Shown here piece by piece: positions 52,896 to 64,000 of a DNA stretch of 64,000 nt. Position 1 is the stretch's first letter. The number at the start of each line of letters is the position of its first letter. Below the pieces are notes generated by a model that was not told the origin of the DNA, made no database searches, and saw nothing but the letters and a program-made list of their open reading frames with translations. Source of the DNA: Eledone cirrhosa (Eukaryota); contig OZ024758.1 in the NCBI GenBank assembly GCA_964016885.1, positions 5,518,001-5,582,000 of the forward strand, written 5' to 3'. The position numbers were made by a program, and so were the translations under genes.

Positions 52896-55127
52896 ACTCA
52901 CACTATCAAAACTATATATATAAATAAACATATGAACCTTTTTTTTTTTCAAATTACGTCCCTTACACCGGTTCGTTCGTTATTCTATGTTTACCCAAGG
53001 AACTATCATATCATCATCTTATTGAACACTTACTCACTCACTTACCTGCACACATGTAACCTCTGGTCACAACAGTGACCATACGACACAGCAATCTACA
53101 AGTAAGTACTCAAGCAACAAACGAATCAACACCACAACATAACCAACTGACCAACGCGACCATACAAATAATCGCTATAATTCTATGAGAAATTGTAGAA
53201 CCTGAATTTCATAGCGGCGATAACACAGAAAGTTCATTATAAAGCGAAATGCAAAATACTCCAGCAGACAATTATATAAAAAAGTATAGAGAAATAAAAA
53301 TTAAGATTTCTGTCTATGATATAATTATTTGTTTATATTTTCGCATACATCTTAACGATATTTTCAATGGACGCGCTTACAATTTTTGAATACAACTGAA
53401 CCGTCGTACCATTTAATTTAAAAAGTGGAGTAAAATAAAAGGAGAATAAAGTGAATTTGAAGAGTCAATCCTTTGTGTTTTTTTCAATACCGGACTTTCA
53501 GTTTTCCAGGTTTTATAGACATTTTGTTTTCCCTAAAGGATGGAGGCGATTTATCTCCTCGTGAAACTGACATGTAAATGACTGGGTATTTCATACATGC
53601 GTGTACCTAAATAAGAAAATATAATTGTTTCTATTTTGGGCACAAGGCCAACAATTACTGGTACTTTATTTTATTGACCCTGTAAGGATGAAAGGCAAAG
53701 TTAACATCGGCGGGATTTGAACTCAGACCATAAAGGGGCGTAACTCTATGCTGCGAAGCATGGCGTCCGACCCTCTACCGGTACTACCAAGAATATGTCA
53801 ATTATTTTATGGTCATGCACCGAGTAACCAGGAGACCCGCATGGTTAAAGGATTTCGTCACATCCTATCAGCCTTCAGTCAGGCATTGACCAGCATTTAG
53901 CTGGCCATATGTGATCTCATGGGAACTATAAGCTTCACCCTCTAACCTAGCATTAACAAAGGTTTAGCTGGCTGTAGGAGATCCTATGGGAAGTACACGG
54001 TCTAACCTGCTTCTATCACCCTCTAACAAAGGTTTAACCTGCTTTTATCACCCTCTAGTCTCATATTGTTCAGGGATTAAGTGATCCTATGGGAATTATA
54101 CACCTTAAAACGCCTTCTTTTACCTTCTAATCTGTTATTGACAAGAGTTGAGCTGATAGTAAGGGATCGTACGAAACGAATATGACCTAAAGAATATGAC
54201 CCTCTGACGTGGGTATATATATATATTAAAATAACAGGTAGGTTTAAACAAAGAATCGCTGCTTTCACCATTCTTTGCTTAAACTTTAATCTGTTATTTT
54301 AATAAATATTTGCTCTAGGGTTCTTATATATTTGATATATATTTATCCTTATGGAGCCCTCTTTGGATTTTAGTCTTCACATTTATTATTATTACTATTT
54401 TGCCTTTCATCCTTACGGGGTCGATAAAATAAAGTACCAGTAATACACTGGATAATTGCCGGCCTTGTGCCAAAGGTAGAAACAATTATTACTATTTATA
54501 TGTGTGTGACAGCTCACACCTATGCAGGTTTAGCTGGCCTCCTCCAAGGTATATCTCGTTGGAGGTGTCTTTGGTAATTTAATGATAGGGACCCCAGTCC
54601 CTATCACCTCATTTTTACAGCTGAGTAAACTTGGAGCAATGTGAAATAAAGTGTCTTGCTCAAGGAAAAGACACATCACCCGGTTTGAGAATTGAACTCA
54701 CAACCTTTCGATTGCAAGCCCAATGCTCTAACCACTAAGTTATTGTTGTGCGATTGCTTGATGGCGGTCGGAGGGTTCTCGCACATGGCCGCACCAGCCA
54801 CCTCACTACCGTGCACAGCCCTAACATGGTTAGTGTTATTATTGTTTACGCAGTTGTTGCGATTCTCATTTGTTGTGCTCATAGTTTTTTGGCAGTAGTA
54901 TATATACTGGTTGGATGCCCTTCCTAACACCAGCACCACTTTACAGCATGGACTGGGTGCTTTTATTCGTGCCACCGACACCAGAGAGGTTGTCTTACTG
55001 GACTCAGGGACCCGATCCACCCCTCCATTTTACAGCATGGACTAGGTGCTTTTATTCGTGCCAACAGCACCAGAGAGGTTGTCTTACTGGATTCAGGGGC
55101 CCTCCCTATCCACCCCTCCATTTTACA

Positions 55128-55230
<103 letters not shown>

Positions 55231-55942
55231 GGAAAATTTGAACAGGAACAAAACAGAGAGGCAGTACAACGAATGTTTATTAATTTCACGCTCTTGAGAG
55301 TGGGGTGGTGGTATATAAATATAATCTGAGTTTTTCGAATATTAATAATAATATTCGATTCGTTTGCAATTATGCAAACGGCCTCTTTTTTAAAGCCACG
55401 TCAGTAGAATGAGCCCCAGAATTATTTAAGTTCTCAACAATAATTCACTTCATATTACTAAATTGTTATCTATCTCGCCTCTTTCTTGCTCCCCTCCTCT
55501 CTCTCACCCGTCTCTTTATCGTCTTCTCTCTCTCTCTCTCTCTCTCTATCGCCTTCTCCCCCCTCTCTCTCTATCACCTTCTCTCTCTATATATATATAT
55601 CACCTTCTCTCTCTCTGAAGACCATTCTCTTTCGGTCTACTCGAGTCTATGGCAGAAGATATTTTACTAAATATTCACTCAGTGAGATCAAATCCTGAAC
55701 CACACGATTGCTGTAATGTGAAATGAAGTGTTTTGCTCAACCCACAATGTTACAATCCAAAGTCCAACTCACTTACCACTAGGCCACGTGTCTTCACATT
55801 TGTTAAGTTAATTACTTAAATAAATTTCAAATCCTGACATCAGTATTGAAATCTAGATAATTATTAAGTTAAAAAGAAATCCCACCACCCATGCTTCATT
55901 TGTCTATCATCAATAATAAATATATTTCACAATTATGCAGCT

Positions 55943-56024
55943 GCTGCGATGGCCGAGTGGTTAAGGCGTTGGACTCGAAATCCAATGGGCAATGCCCGCG
56001 CAGGTTCGAATCCTGCTTGCAGCG
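55943..56024 (+). tRNA. tRNA-Ser(CGA)
   Basis: 82 nt. Acceptor stem GCTGCGA/TTGCAGC, D arm GCCGAGTGGTTAAGGC, anticodon stem TTGGA/TCCAA with loop CT-CGA-AA, long variable arm GGGCAATGCCC, T arm GCAGG-TTCGAAT-CCTGC, and a downstream T5 terminator. Confidence 0.96.
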
Positions 56025-56578
56025 GTGTACAATTTTTGTTTTAGAATTTTTATTTTTCAGACAACTAAAATAATCTTCAATATTTTGAGAGTGTTCAATA
56101 TAGTTTTTAGTTAGAGTTATCTCCGATCATTGCTATTTGTTTTATTATTAGACTTATTACGAAATGACATTCAAATTACTACACCACTTTTACTTTAACT
56201 GTAATGAGGTTCTTTTTGATTTACGTGGTCTCCATATTTCACCGATATTTAATTTATCAACATTTGAAGGATACAAGCGGCCGAGATGGGATTCTTCCGA
56301 AGAGTCTTTGGAGTATCGTTACTCGATAGAATGTGTAGCTTGGTAATCAGAGAGTCACTCAAGGTAGAGCAGCTACTTCTCCGAATTGAGGTATCATAAC
56401 TCCGATAGTATGATCATGTAGTTAGAATGTCTCAGGAAAGAATCGCTAGACAGATTTTAAGAGCAAAACCAACTGGCAGGAGACCCAGGAGTAGACCCTG
56501 AGCAAGATGGTTGGATAACATCCATGAGCTTGGCTGGTCGCGCTTGGGGATCCAGTAATAAACAACACAATACAATTA

Positions 56579-56651
56579 TTCCATTTACCAAAGGTTTCAC
56601 GAAGACAGGCGAGCTCAACAGAGACGTCTGAAATCGTTCATCAGAATGAAA
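56579..56651 (-). ncRNA. Type I hammerhead ribozyme (family 3, divergent copy)
   Basis: Minus strand reads TTTCATT CTGATGA ACGA...TCGT GAAA CC-TTT-GG TA AATGGAA. Stem II base ACGA/TCGT; stem I carries a compensatory extra base pair relative to the 34453 copy. Confidence 0.75.
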
Positions 56652-56733
56652 ATTTTAATATTACATAATTAAATAGCTCTGTAGCATACATAGAGCACTC
56701 TCCCTTCTACGGAAATACTTTATATATATATAC

Positions 56734-56780
<47 letters not shown>

Positions 56781-56783
<3 letters not shown>

Positions 56784-56971
56784 CGAAGGAAATGTGGTAA
56801 GGAACCAGATGGACCATAACGCACCAAAGTACTCAATACTTAGAGTAGTAGAGTGGGTAATAGGAACAAGTATGACCCCGACGGCAGAGCTCAAGCCGTT
56901 TCGACGGCTAATTCTGGACAAGAATTAGCCGTCGAAACGGCTTGAGCTCTGCCGTCGGGGTCATACTTGTT

Positions 56972-56976
<5 letters not shown>
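56781..56976. mobile_element. Fold-back, (TA)n-embedded non-autonomous element carrying a hammerhead 3' half (family 4); other copies at 2132-2240, ~18865-18925, 34136-34300, 34328-34372, 34540-34635, 51180-51295 and ~60015-60100
   Basis: Perfect 56-bp inverted arms (56860-56915/56921-56976) contain GAAA-CGGC-loop-GCCG-TC-GGGGTCATAC. A shared tail ...cccactctactac..aagtattgagtact..ggttccttaccaca..ttcgtta runs into (TA)n. Confidence 0.7.
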
Positions 56977-57027
<51 letters not shown>

Positions 57028-57860
57028 TATATATATATATATATATATATATGTGACGAAAGTGATTTGACAATATATAAACAAGCTTCCGGTATTGAAC
57101 CAACCAACCAACCGGAAATTTATAATAAATTGAAGTGAAAGCCAACAGATGCGTGTGTTTTTATTGGCAACATGACCCTACCAAAGTATAATAATATATA
57201 TAACGAAGATCGCTGGTTAAATACAGCGTCTCTCGGCCAGCGTGTAGCCCACTCAATGAATCTGGCGGATTGCAGTTAGGCAGCTGCAATCAACTGTTCA
57301 GAGTGCACACATTTAGTTTACTGTAGACAGTTGGCTGTGTTTTTATAGAGATATCTCCAACTAAATATTTCCTTCCTGGACGATCGTTTCTGTGTAATAT
57401 AACCTATAATTTCTCGCAGACCATAACACGTGGTTTTGGTAAGTTGAATTCGAACAAACGAATTCGCGCCAAAAAACGAAGAACTCAACGGGCTTCTAGT
57501 ATATATGCATACATACATAACAAGGTTCATGCATATATACACATATACAAGCAAATAAAATCTGATTTGTGATACAAAGTCAAATAATCAATACTCAAAA
57601 TTTAATTTTAGGAAACATAAACAAGATATATTGAACATTCTAACCTTATACTGGAATTTCAAATCAGTGCAGCTGAGAGTATAAAAGAAAAGTAACGAAG
57701 ATCGCTAGTATAAATACAGCGTCCTTCGGCCAGCGTCTAGCCCACTCATTGAATCTGGCAAATTGGAGTTATGCAGGTGCAATCAACTGTTCAGTGTGCC
57801 CAGATTTAATTTACTGTAGACAGTTGGCTATGTTTTTATAGAGTTAGATGTAAATATCTC

Positions 57861-57904
<44 letters not shown>

Positions 57905-58084
57905 TTAAAGTTTCAGAAGATCCCGTTAAGGGTAAAAGCAGCGATTCTTTGCTTAAACTTTAATCTGTTATTTTAATAAATATTTGCTCTACCGTTCTTA
58001 TATATTTGATATATATTTATCCTTATCGAGCTCTCTTTGGATTTTAGTCTTCAAATTTTTATTATTACTATATATATATATATA

Positions 58085-58670
58085 TGGTAGCTGCCAACTC
58101 GTTCTCGAGTACGGTCACTACCTTATATCCATGTAGGAGAACCCTTACCGATGCGCTGAACGAGTGTGACTTTTTAGTCCAGCCAGCGACTTGAAAACTC
58201 TGGTACAAACACTACACTTGTGACAATTATTGACACAGTGCTGGGCCCATGGTACCATGTGACGACAAGTGCAGAGAGATCTCCAGATATAAAGCAATGC
58301 CTGTGCCGTGAAGCTTTTATAGTGAGCAAAGGCACTGCACAAAGCCAGTCCTACTCTCTTAACCAAGATGATATTTACCAAAAAGAAGAACAAGTCAACA
58401 TCATCGGATACCATCAGGGTTGCAAGTGTTATATCAGAGTTTTCCTTCTCCCAGAATTCTGCCTTGACAAAGGCTAAGGGGTCATCTCTCCCGGTGATTT
58501 TGGAAGGTCATTGACTCTTAAGAGCTCCTTTGCCCTTTGACAGGTTTTGTTTTTAGTCCTGCAGGATGTCCAAAGTCACCCTCCTCGCCAAGAAACCTTG
58601 GTGAGGTTGCCAGTTTAGTCGCCAACGACCCGACCATGAAACAGGTTGTACTGGGATACATGTTACCAGT
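58085..58670 (-). mobile_element. Internally deleted RTE/BovB-like element (5' UTR plus C-terminal zinc finger) inside (TA)n
   Basis: The ORF remnant ends CSVCTRVFKSLAGLKSHTRSAHR* (C2H2 finger). The 5' part is homologous to 12007-12155(+), which abuts an RTE-like ORF fragment (HWKEHF...PSLNEVQ) at ~11730-11940(-). Confidence 0.65.
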
Positions 58671-58704
58671 ATATGTATATATATACATACATACATGTGT
58701 ATAT

Positions 58705-58791
<87 letters not shown>

Positions 58792-60457
58792 CAGAGAGAG
58801 AGATGAGAGGAGAAGGGTTCTTATTTGGAGATGGAGTGGGCTTTATTTGATGAGGGAAGCCCAGGGCATTTGTCCTAACCGAAAAATCCAGCCCTACATT
58901 TAATTCAGGATTTTGAAATTAAATTTCATGAGCAATACAAGATATAATTGTTTCTATTTTAGGCACAAGGCCAGCAATTACCCAGGACATTACTAGTACT
59001 TTATTTTATCGACCCCGTAAGGATGAAAGGCAAAGTTAACCGCGGCAGGATTTGAACTTAGATCATAATACAAGCTATAATGGTTCGCTATCAAGGGAGA
59101 CGACTCTCATGAAATGTTAAACGTAGTTTGAATGTAACCTTATTTTACAAAATAATCGATAAATTGATAATTAACAATAAATGGGTATCGAACGAATGAA
59201 TGAATACATTAATAAATAGTTAATGAACAGACATGTAATAAACAACATCTATTTTTTAAAAAAAGCCAATAATAATAACTGCTGTAATATAAAAGCTGCG
59301 TTTGTTTGAAACAGTAATCTCCCTTAAAACGAAAATTTCCGGATGTTACCGATCAACTGGTCGTTAATTTATTATTATTTTTTTTAAAGAATAACTTTTA
59401 TTCTTTTTTAAAGTTTGTAAATTAAAAAAAAACCAAAAAATAAAAGATGTTTATTGTAATATTTACAAAAGTCTCTTGAATAAGTTTAAGTTACGATATA
59501 AAACTTTTGTTTTCGAAGTTTGGAAACTTTTCTAAAGATTTCATCAAAAACCAAAATGGGAGGCTGCTGCATAATGTTATCACTTTATGTCCGATTAACA
59601 ACAGTATTTTGATTTAATATTGATTTTTACTTTACTGACACCCGGATACATTATGAAGTTACACATGTAAGATACCTTATCAAATTACCATTATTATTAT
59701 CATCAATATTCTTGCTATTATATATAGTTCTTCAATATTTACTGAAGTCTAACTCCGCCTTCTCTACTGTGTCTTTTTTTCTTTCTCTCCTTACTTAATA
59801 TTTGACATTTTAAATATATCTCTTGTAAACTTTGTGTTGTTTCCTTAAATTACCTCTAAACATTGTTTAGTTCTCCCATAACCTACAATAAAACTTTTCT
59901 TTTCTCTTCGTAAAGAATTTACGATATATTTGCTAGTATGTTTATAATAAACATATTCGTTGGTTTTCGTAACCAGAGCTATTCGAATAGACTAACTAAA
60001 TATATTGGAATTTGTTGTTGAAACGGCAAAAGCTCAACCGTTGGGCCTCAACTCCCTCATATATTTACACTCTACTATTCCAAGTATCGAGTCTTCTGCT
60101 AAATAATCATCACACCATATTTCCTGATTAGAGCACATAGGACAAGATTATTCAATATAGTTCCTTCTTTTAAGACAGTAAGGTATAGCGTTAGAGAGAT
60201 TTGGCAGCTATTTCTAGCAAGTTGATAGATCTTATAGAATTTCCCTCGATAAAATCGTAATGTTTATAGTTTTGTACTTCGTAATTACACAATAAACATT
60301 TAGTCATTTCTATAAAAAATGGCAGTGCCCCAGCATGACCTCAGCCTAAAGGCTGCAACACGTAAATGAGTAAAAGAGTATACACAGAATAAATAAAATT
60401 GGAACGTTCTTTGTAATTGGAAATATATATGTTTGTTGCAACATTTATCTATAATAG

Positions 60458-60551
<94 letters not shown>

Positions 60552-60564
60552 CCCTATCTATATA

Positions 60565-60765
60565 CAGGGTCGGCTGAAAAGTTCATAGGCTGACCAAGAT
60601 ACTCTCATGGAATGACCAAACGAGGTATATTTTTCAACATAGTTCCTGGAAAAATACAAACATTGCAGTTATTAATACGAAGAGTTGAAATTAATGCATG
60701 CAAGATTTCACAGCTCTACCATCAACCCTTCATAGTCAGCCTATGAACTTTTCAACAGACACTCA
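60565..60765. mobile_element. Mariner/Tc1-type MITE; related pieces at ~11663-11720, 35647-35740, 43308-43455, 49170-49330 and 61020-61420
   Basis: TA|CAGGGTCGGCTGAAAAGTTCATAGGCTGAC ... GTCAGCCTATGAACTTTTCAACAGACACTCA|TA, an imperfect ~30-bp TIR with TA flanks. Confidence 0.7.
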
Positions 60766-61601
60766 TATATGTCTTCATTAAGAATTATATACAGAGAGTT
60801 CTTCAGGGGTTTTATTCCCTGATTTGCTGAAATAGTTCTTAAATTTGTCGCTACATACGAATTGATGGAGTTATTGAAAGGGGTTTTAAAAACTGAGCCC
60901 TTCTATAAGGAGCGAGCTGTTTATTGCTTTCCCATCGAAATTAGCTGTGGTATTGTCTTGTACGGAGTTGTTTACAACTTTTGGGGGAAATCATTAAAAT
61001 TTTCGAGGCCATCCTTCATACGAGGTTTCGACTAAAAAGTTCATAGGTTGACTATGAATTAGTGATGCTAGAGCTGTGAAATCTTGACTGCATTTATTTC
61101 AAATCTTCCTTTTAATAACTACATTGTTTCTTTCCAGGGACTGTGTTGAAAAACAAACCTCATTTGGTCATTCCATGAGAGTATCTTGGCCAGCCTATGA
61201 ATTAGTGATGCTAGAGCTGTGAAATCTTGCATGCATTAATTTCAACTCTTCTTTTTAATAACTGCATTGTTTCTTTCCAAGGACTGTGTTGAAAAATAAA
61301 CATCATTTGGTCATTCCATAAGAGTATCTTAGTCAGCCTATGAAAAAGTGATGCTAGAGCTGTGAAATCTTTCATGCATTGATTCCAAATCTTATTAACA
61401 ACTACGTTGTTTCTTTCCATGGTGGCATGGGTTGGATGAGTCATCATACACTGTTAAGGATCAATGTCTCTTCATATCTTCCATATTTGTCATGGGTTCT
61501 ACTGTTGGATGCCCTTATTATAATAAGTTTCCTGTTATAATCCCTGTTATAATGTTTCTATAACTATAGCTTCCAAGGTCTCTGTAATTCCTATTTTAAG
61601 A

Positions 61602-61980
61602 ATGTTGCAAGCATGCATGCTCCGTTGGATGTGCAATGTCAATGTGTGTGAACAACTAAGCATGGACGAGTTGAGAGGGAAACTGTGTATAAGAAGGATA
61701 GGCTGTAGTGTGTGGGAGAGAAGACTGCGATGGTATGGACATGTGATGCACATGGAGGATGACTGCTGGGTAAAGAAATGCCAAGAAATCCCAGTAGAAG
61801 GAAGATGCAGTAGAGGAAGACCACGAAAATCATGGGCAGAGGTGGTGAAAGCTGATCACGGATCGCTGAAGCTCACGGAGGAGATGACGAAGGACTGTGA
61901 TGAATGGAGAGATGCTGTGCTGAATAGGACCCGTCCCACCCTTGTAAGCAGGGAAAAGCGGACGTAAAATGATGATGATA
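61602..61980 (+). mobile_element. RTE-clade LINE 3' fragment; related pieces at ~26235-26630, 47655-48050, 51590-51755 and 18930-18985
   Basis: MLRWMCNV...RRLRWYGHVMHM...VEGRCSRGRPRKSW followed by a (GAT)n tail. Confidence 0.85.
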
Positions 61981-62740
61981 TATATATAAGCACGCACACA
62001 ATTTTTCTCTTTCTCTTTCTCTCCATATATGTATATATATATTGATCTCTCTTCACAGTCAATATGATATTGATTTTACACTAATATGTATAAAATATCT
62101 TCACATTTAATCTAGAATATTTCTGGTACAGATTTGATATTTATTCATTTGGCATTTTTCTTCTTTCTATTTATTTTCACATGTTTCAAAATGCTTCAAA
62201 ATAGTTCCATGATGAATTCTTATAAAAAGAAACACACAAAAAATTGGATCCCTCAAAGTGCTGTAAGTAATTCTCCACCTTTTGAGTTTTATCATCATCG
62301 TCATCATCATGATCATCCCCCCGCCACCAACACCACCACCACTATCACCACCACCACCACTATCACCACCACCACCACCACTATCATTATAATCACTGAT
62401 TTTACAAAATAAATCGAAAATCATAAGCAGAGTCTTTTATCAGAAATATGGTAACAATAATATTAATTAAATTTATGCCTGAGTTTTCAAAACCATTTTA
62501 GTTATTGTGAAAAACTAAAATATTTCAGTTTTAAATTTAAAATATATTAAAAAAAGAATTGAAGAAAATATTGGAATTATTTTATGTAAATTCTAAGTTG
62601 TGTTTTTTCTTTGTTTATTTCAGGAGTCAATGATGGTTTTCTTAATATTAGACATAAAAATTGATAAATCTTAAAGGTCCCCCTATTGTAATATATAGGC
62701 TGATACTATAATCAAAATTACGGAACAAAACACATTTAAT

Positions 62741-63172
62741 ATGGGAACTGGAAGTTCTTTCTTGCATTCTCCTGATGATGACGACATCATTGGTGCTGAC
62801 TGTGATGGTAATAGCCATGGGGTCATTAAAAGGATTCCGATTGAAATGAAGCCTAGAGGACGTCTAGGACTTCGCAAGCCCAAAGATGAAAGCTTACGTT
62901 CAATCGACCTCGACAGCCAGGAACTTGAGCGTAAAAACAAAGAATTTGAAATGTACCGGCGCAATAAGGAACAGGAGATTGCTAACATGCTGAAGAAAGA
63001 ACAAAAACTTATAAACGAGAACAAGAAATTTCGAGCGGAGTTGTTGGCGCTTCAGAAAACTTGCACAAAACTACGAGGTGAACGAGATTTGGCAACTCAA
63101 GCAGAAAGCCAGGCACTTGCAAGAGCTGCGGCATTTGAGAATGATCGTGATAAGATTCAACGACAATTCAAA
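62741..63172 (+). CDS. NPHP3: Nephrocystin-3, first coding exon (gene continues beyond the window)
   Basis: MGTGSS (N-myristoylation motif)...IPIEMKPRGRL...KEFEMYRRNKEQEI...ENKKFRAELLALQKT...RAAAFENDRDKIQRQFK|gtaata matches the NPHP3 N-terminal coiled coil. The acceptor is at 62623. A possible upstream non-coding exon donor lies at 59666|gtaaga. Confidence 0.94.
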
Positions 63173-64000
63173 GTAATATGAAGTTATTTTGTTTATTTTA
63201 TTTTATATTGTTGCTGTTGTTTTTGCTGTTAATTAACATTAAAGCTATGTTTTTTCCAGTGCGGGTGGTTGAGAGACACTATTTCTTGTTCTGGACATAT
63301 CCCTTGTCTAAAAGTGTGTTTGTTTAGTTTCCCAATGTAAAAAAAGGACCTTATGTTTACTTATGATTCATTGAAAATATTTGCTTGTTTTTTTATAGGA
63401 GCCGTTAACTTTTCAAAAAATATTTTTCAATTAAATAATAATCTGGAAAATTATAATTTGCCCTTCGTAACAAGCTTTGTTATTATCATTATTAAATCCC
63501 GCTGAGGTTAACTTTGCCTTTCATCCTTACGGGGTTGATAAAATAAAGTACCAGTAATGCGCTGGGTAATTGCTGGCCTTGTGCCAAAAAGTAGAAACAA
63601 TTATTAATGATTTTTCTTGTCATTACAAATTTAATTTCAATTGATTAAAATTCTTTTTGATTCTCTAAACTAAATATGCCTACCTTTTCTTTCTTTGCCC
63701 ACTTATTCCTGTGAGTGTCATGGAGGGCAGCATCCTCAAACACTCCTTCCAGCAGGTCCTGCCAGAAGCTGTCAATCTCCAATTGATCTGACTGAATCCC
63801 CAAGTGAGACCAGCCAAGTTCATGGATGTTATTTAACCATCTTGCTCAGGGTCTACCCCTGGGTCTCCTGTCACTTGGTTTTGCCCATAAAATCTGTCTA
63901 CAGTGATTCTTTCCTGAAACATTCTAACCATATGTCCATAATATCAGAGCTGTGATGTCTCAATTCGGAGAAATGGTGGCTTTCCTTGGAATGACTTTCT

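Overview
AT-rich, repeat-dense animal genomic DNA. The SINE/LINE repertoire and (TA)n density resemble what I recall from octopod cephalopods; this is an inference, not a search result. There is a 200-N scaffold gap at 42043-42242. Spliced genes reconstructed by hand with phase-consistent GT-AG junctions: the 3' part of ACOT8 (+), OXLD1 (+), a complete 11-coding-exon C2orf81/DUF4639-like gene (-), the 5' part of an ENKD1-like gene (+) sharing an RFX/Forkhead-type bidirectional promoter with it, a secreted glycine-rich Ly6/uPAR (three-finger) protein (-, cut by the gap), tRNA-Ser(CGA), and the first coding exon of NPHP3 (+). Mobile DNA includes tRNA-derived SINEs, RTE, CR1 and CRE LINE fragments, a Merlin transposon with TIRs and a 9-bp TSD, and hAT-, piggyBac- and mariner-type MITEs. 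The most striking unexplained signal is a set of roughly six unrelated short, non-coding element families sitting at (TA)n microsatellites. They carry type I hammerhead ribozyme cores (CUGAUGA...GAAA...NUH) with compensatory stem changes between copies. Many are rearranged into fold-back palindromes that break inside the ribozyme, and several lie in the sense orientation of host introns. This looks like a Penelope-like/retrozyme system.
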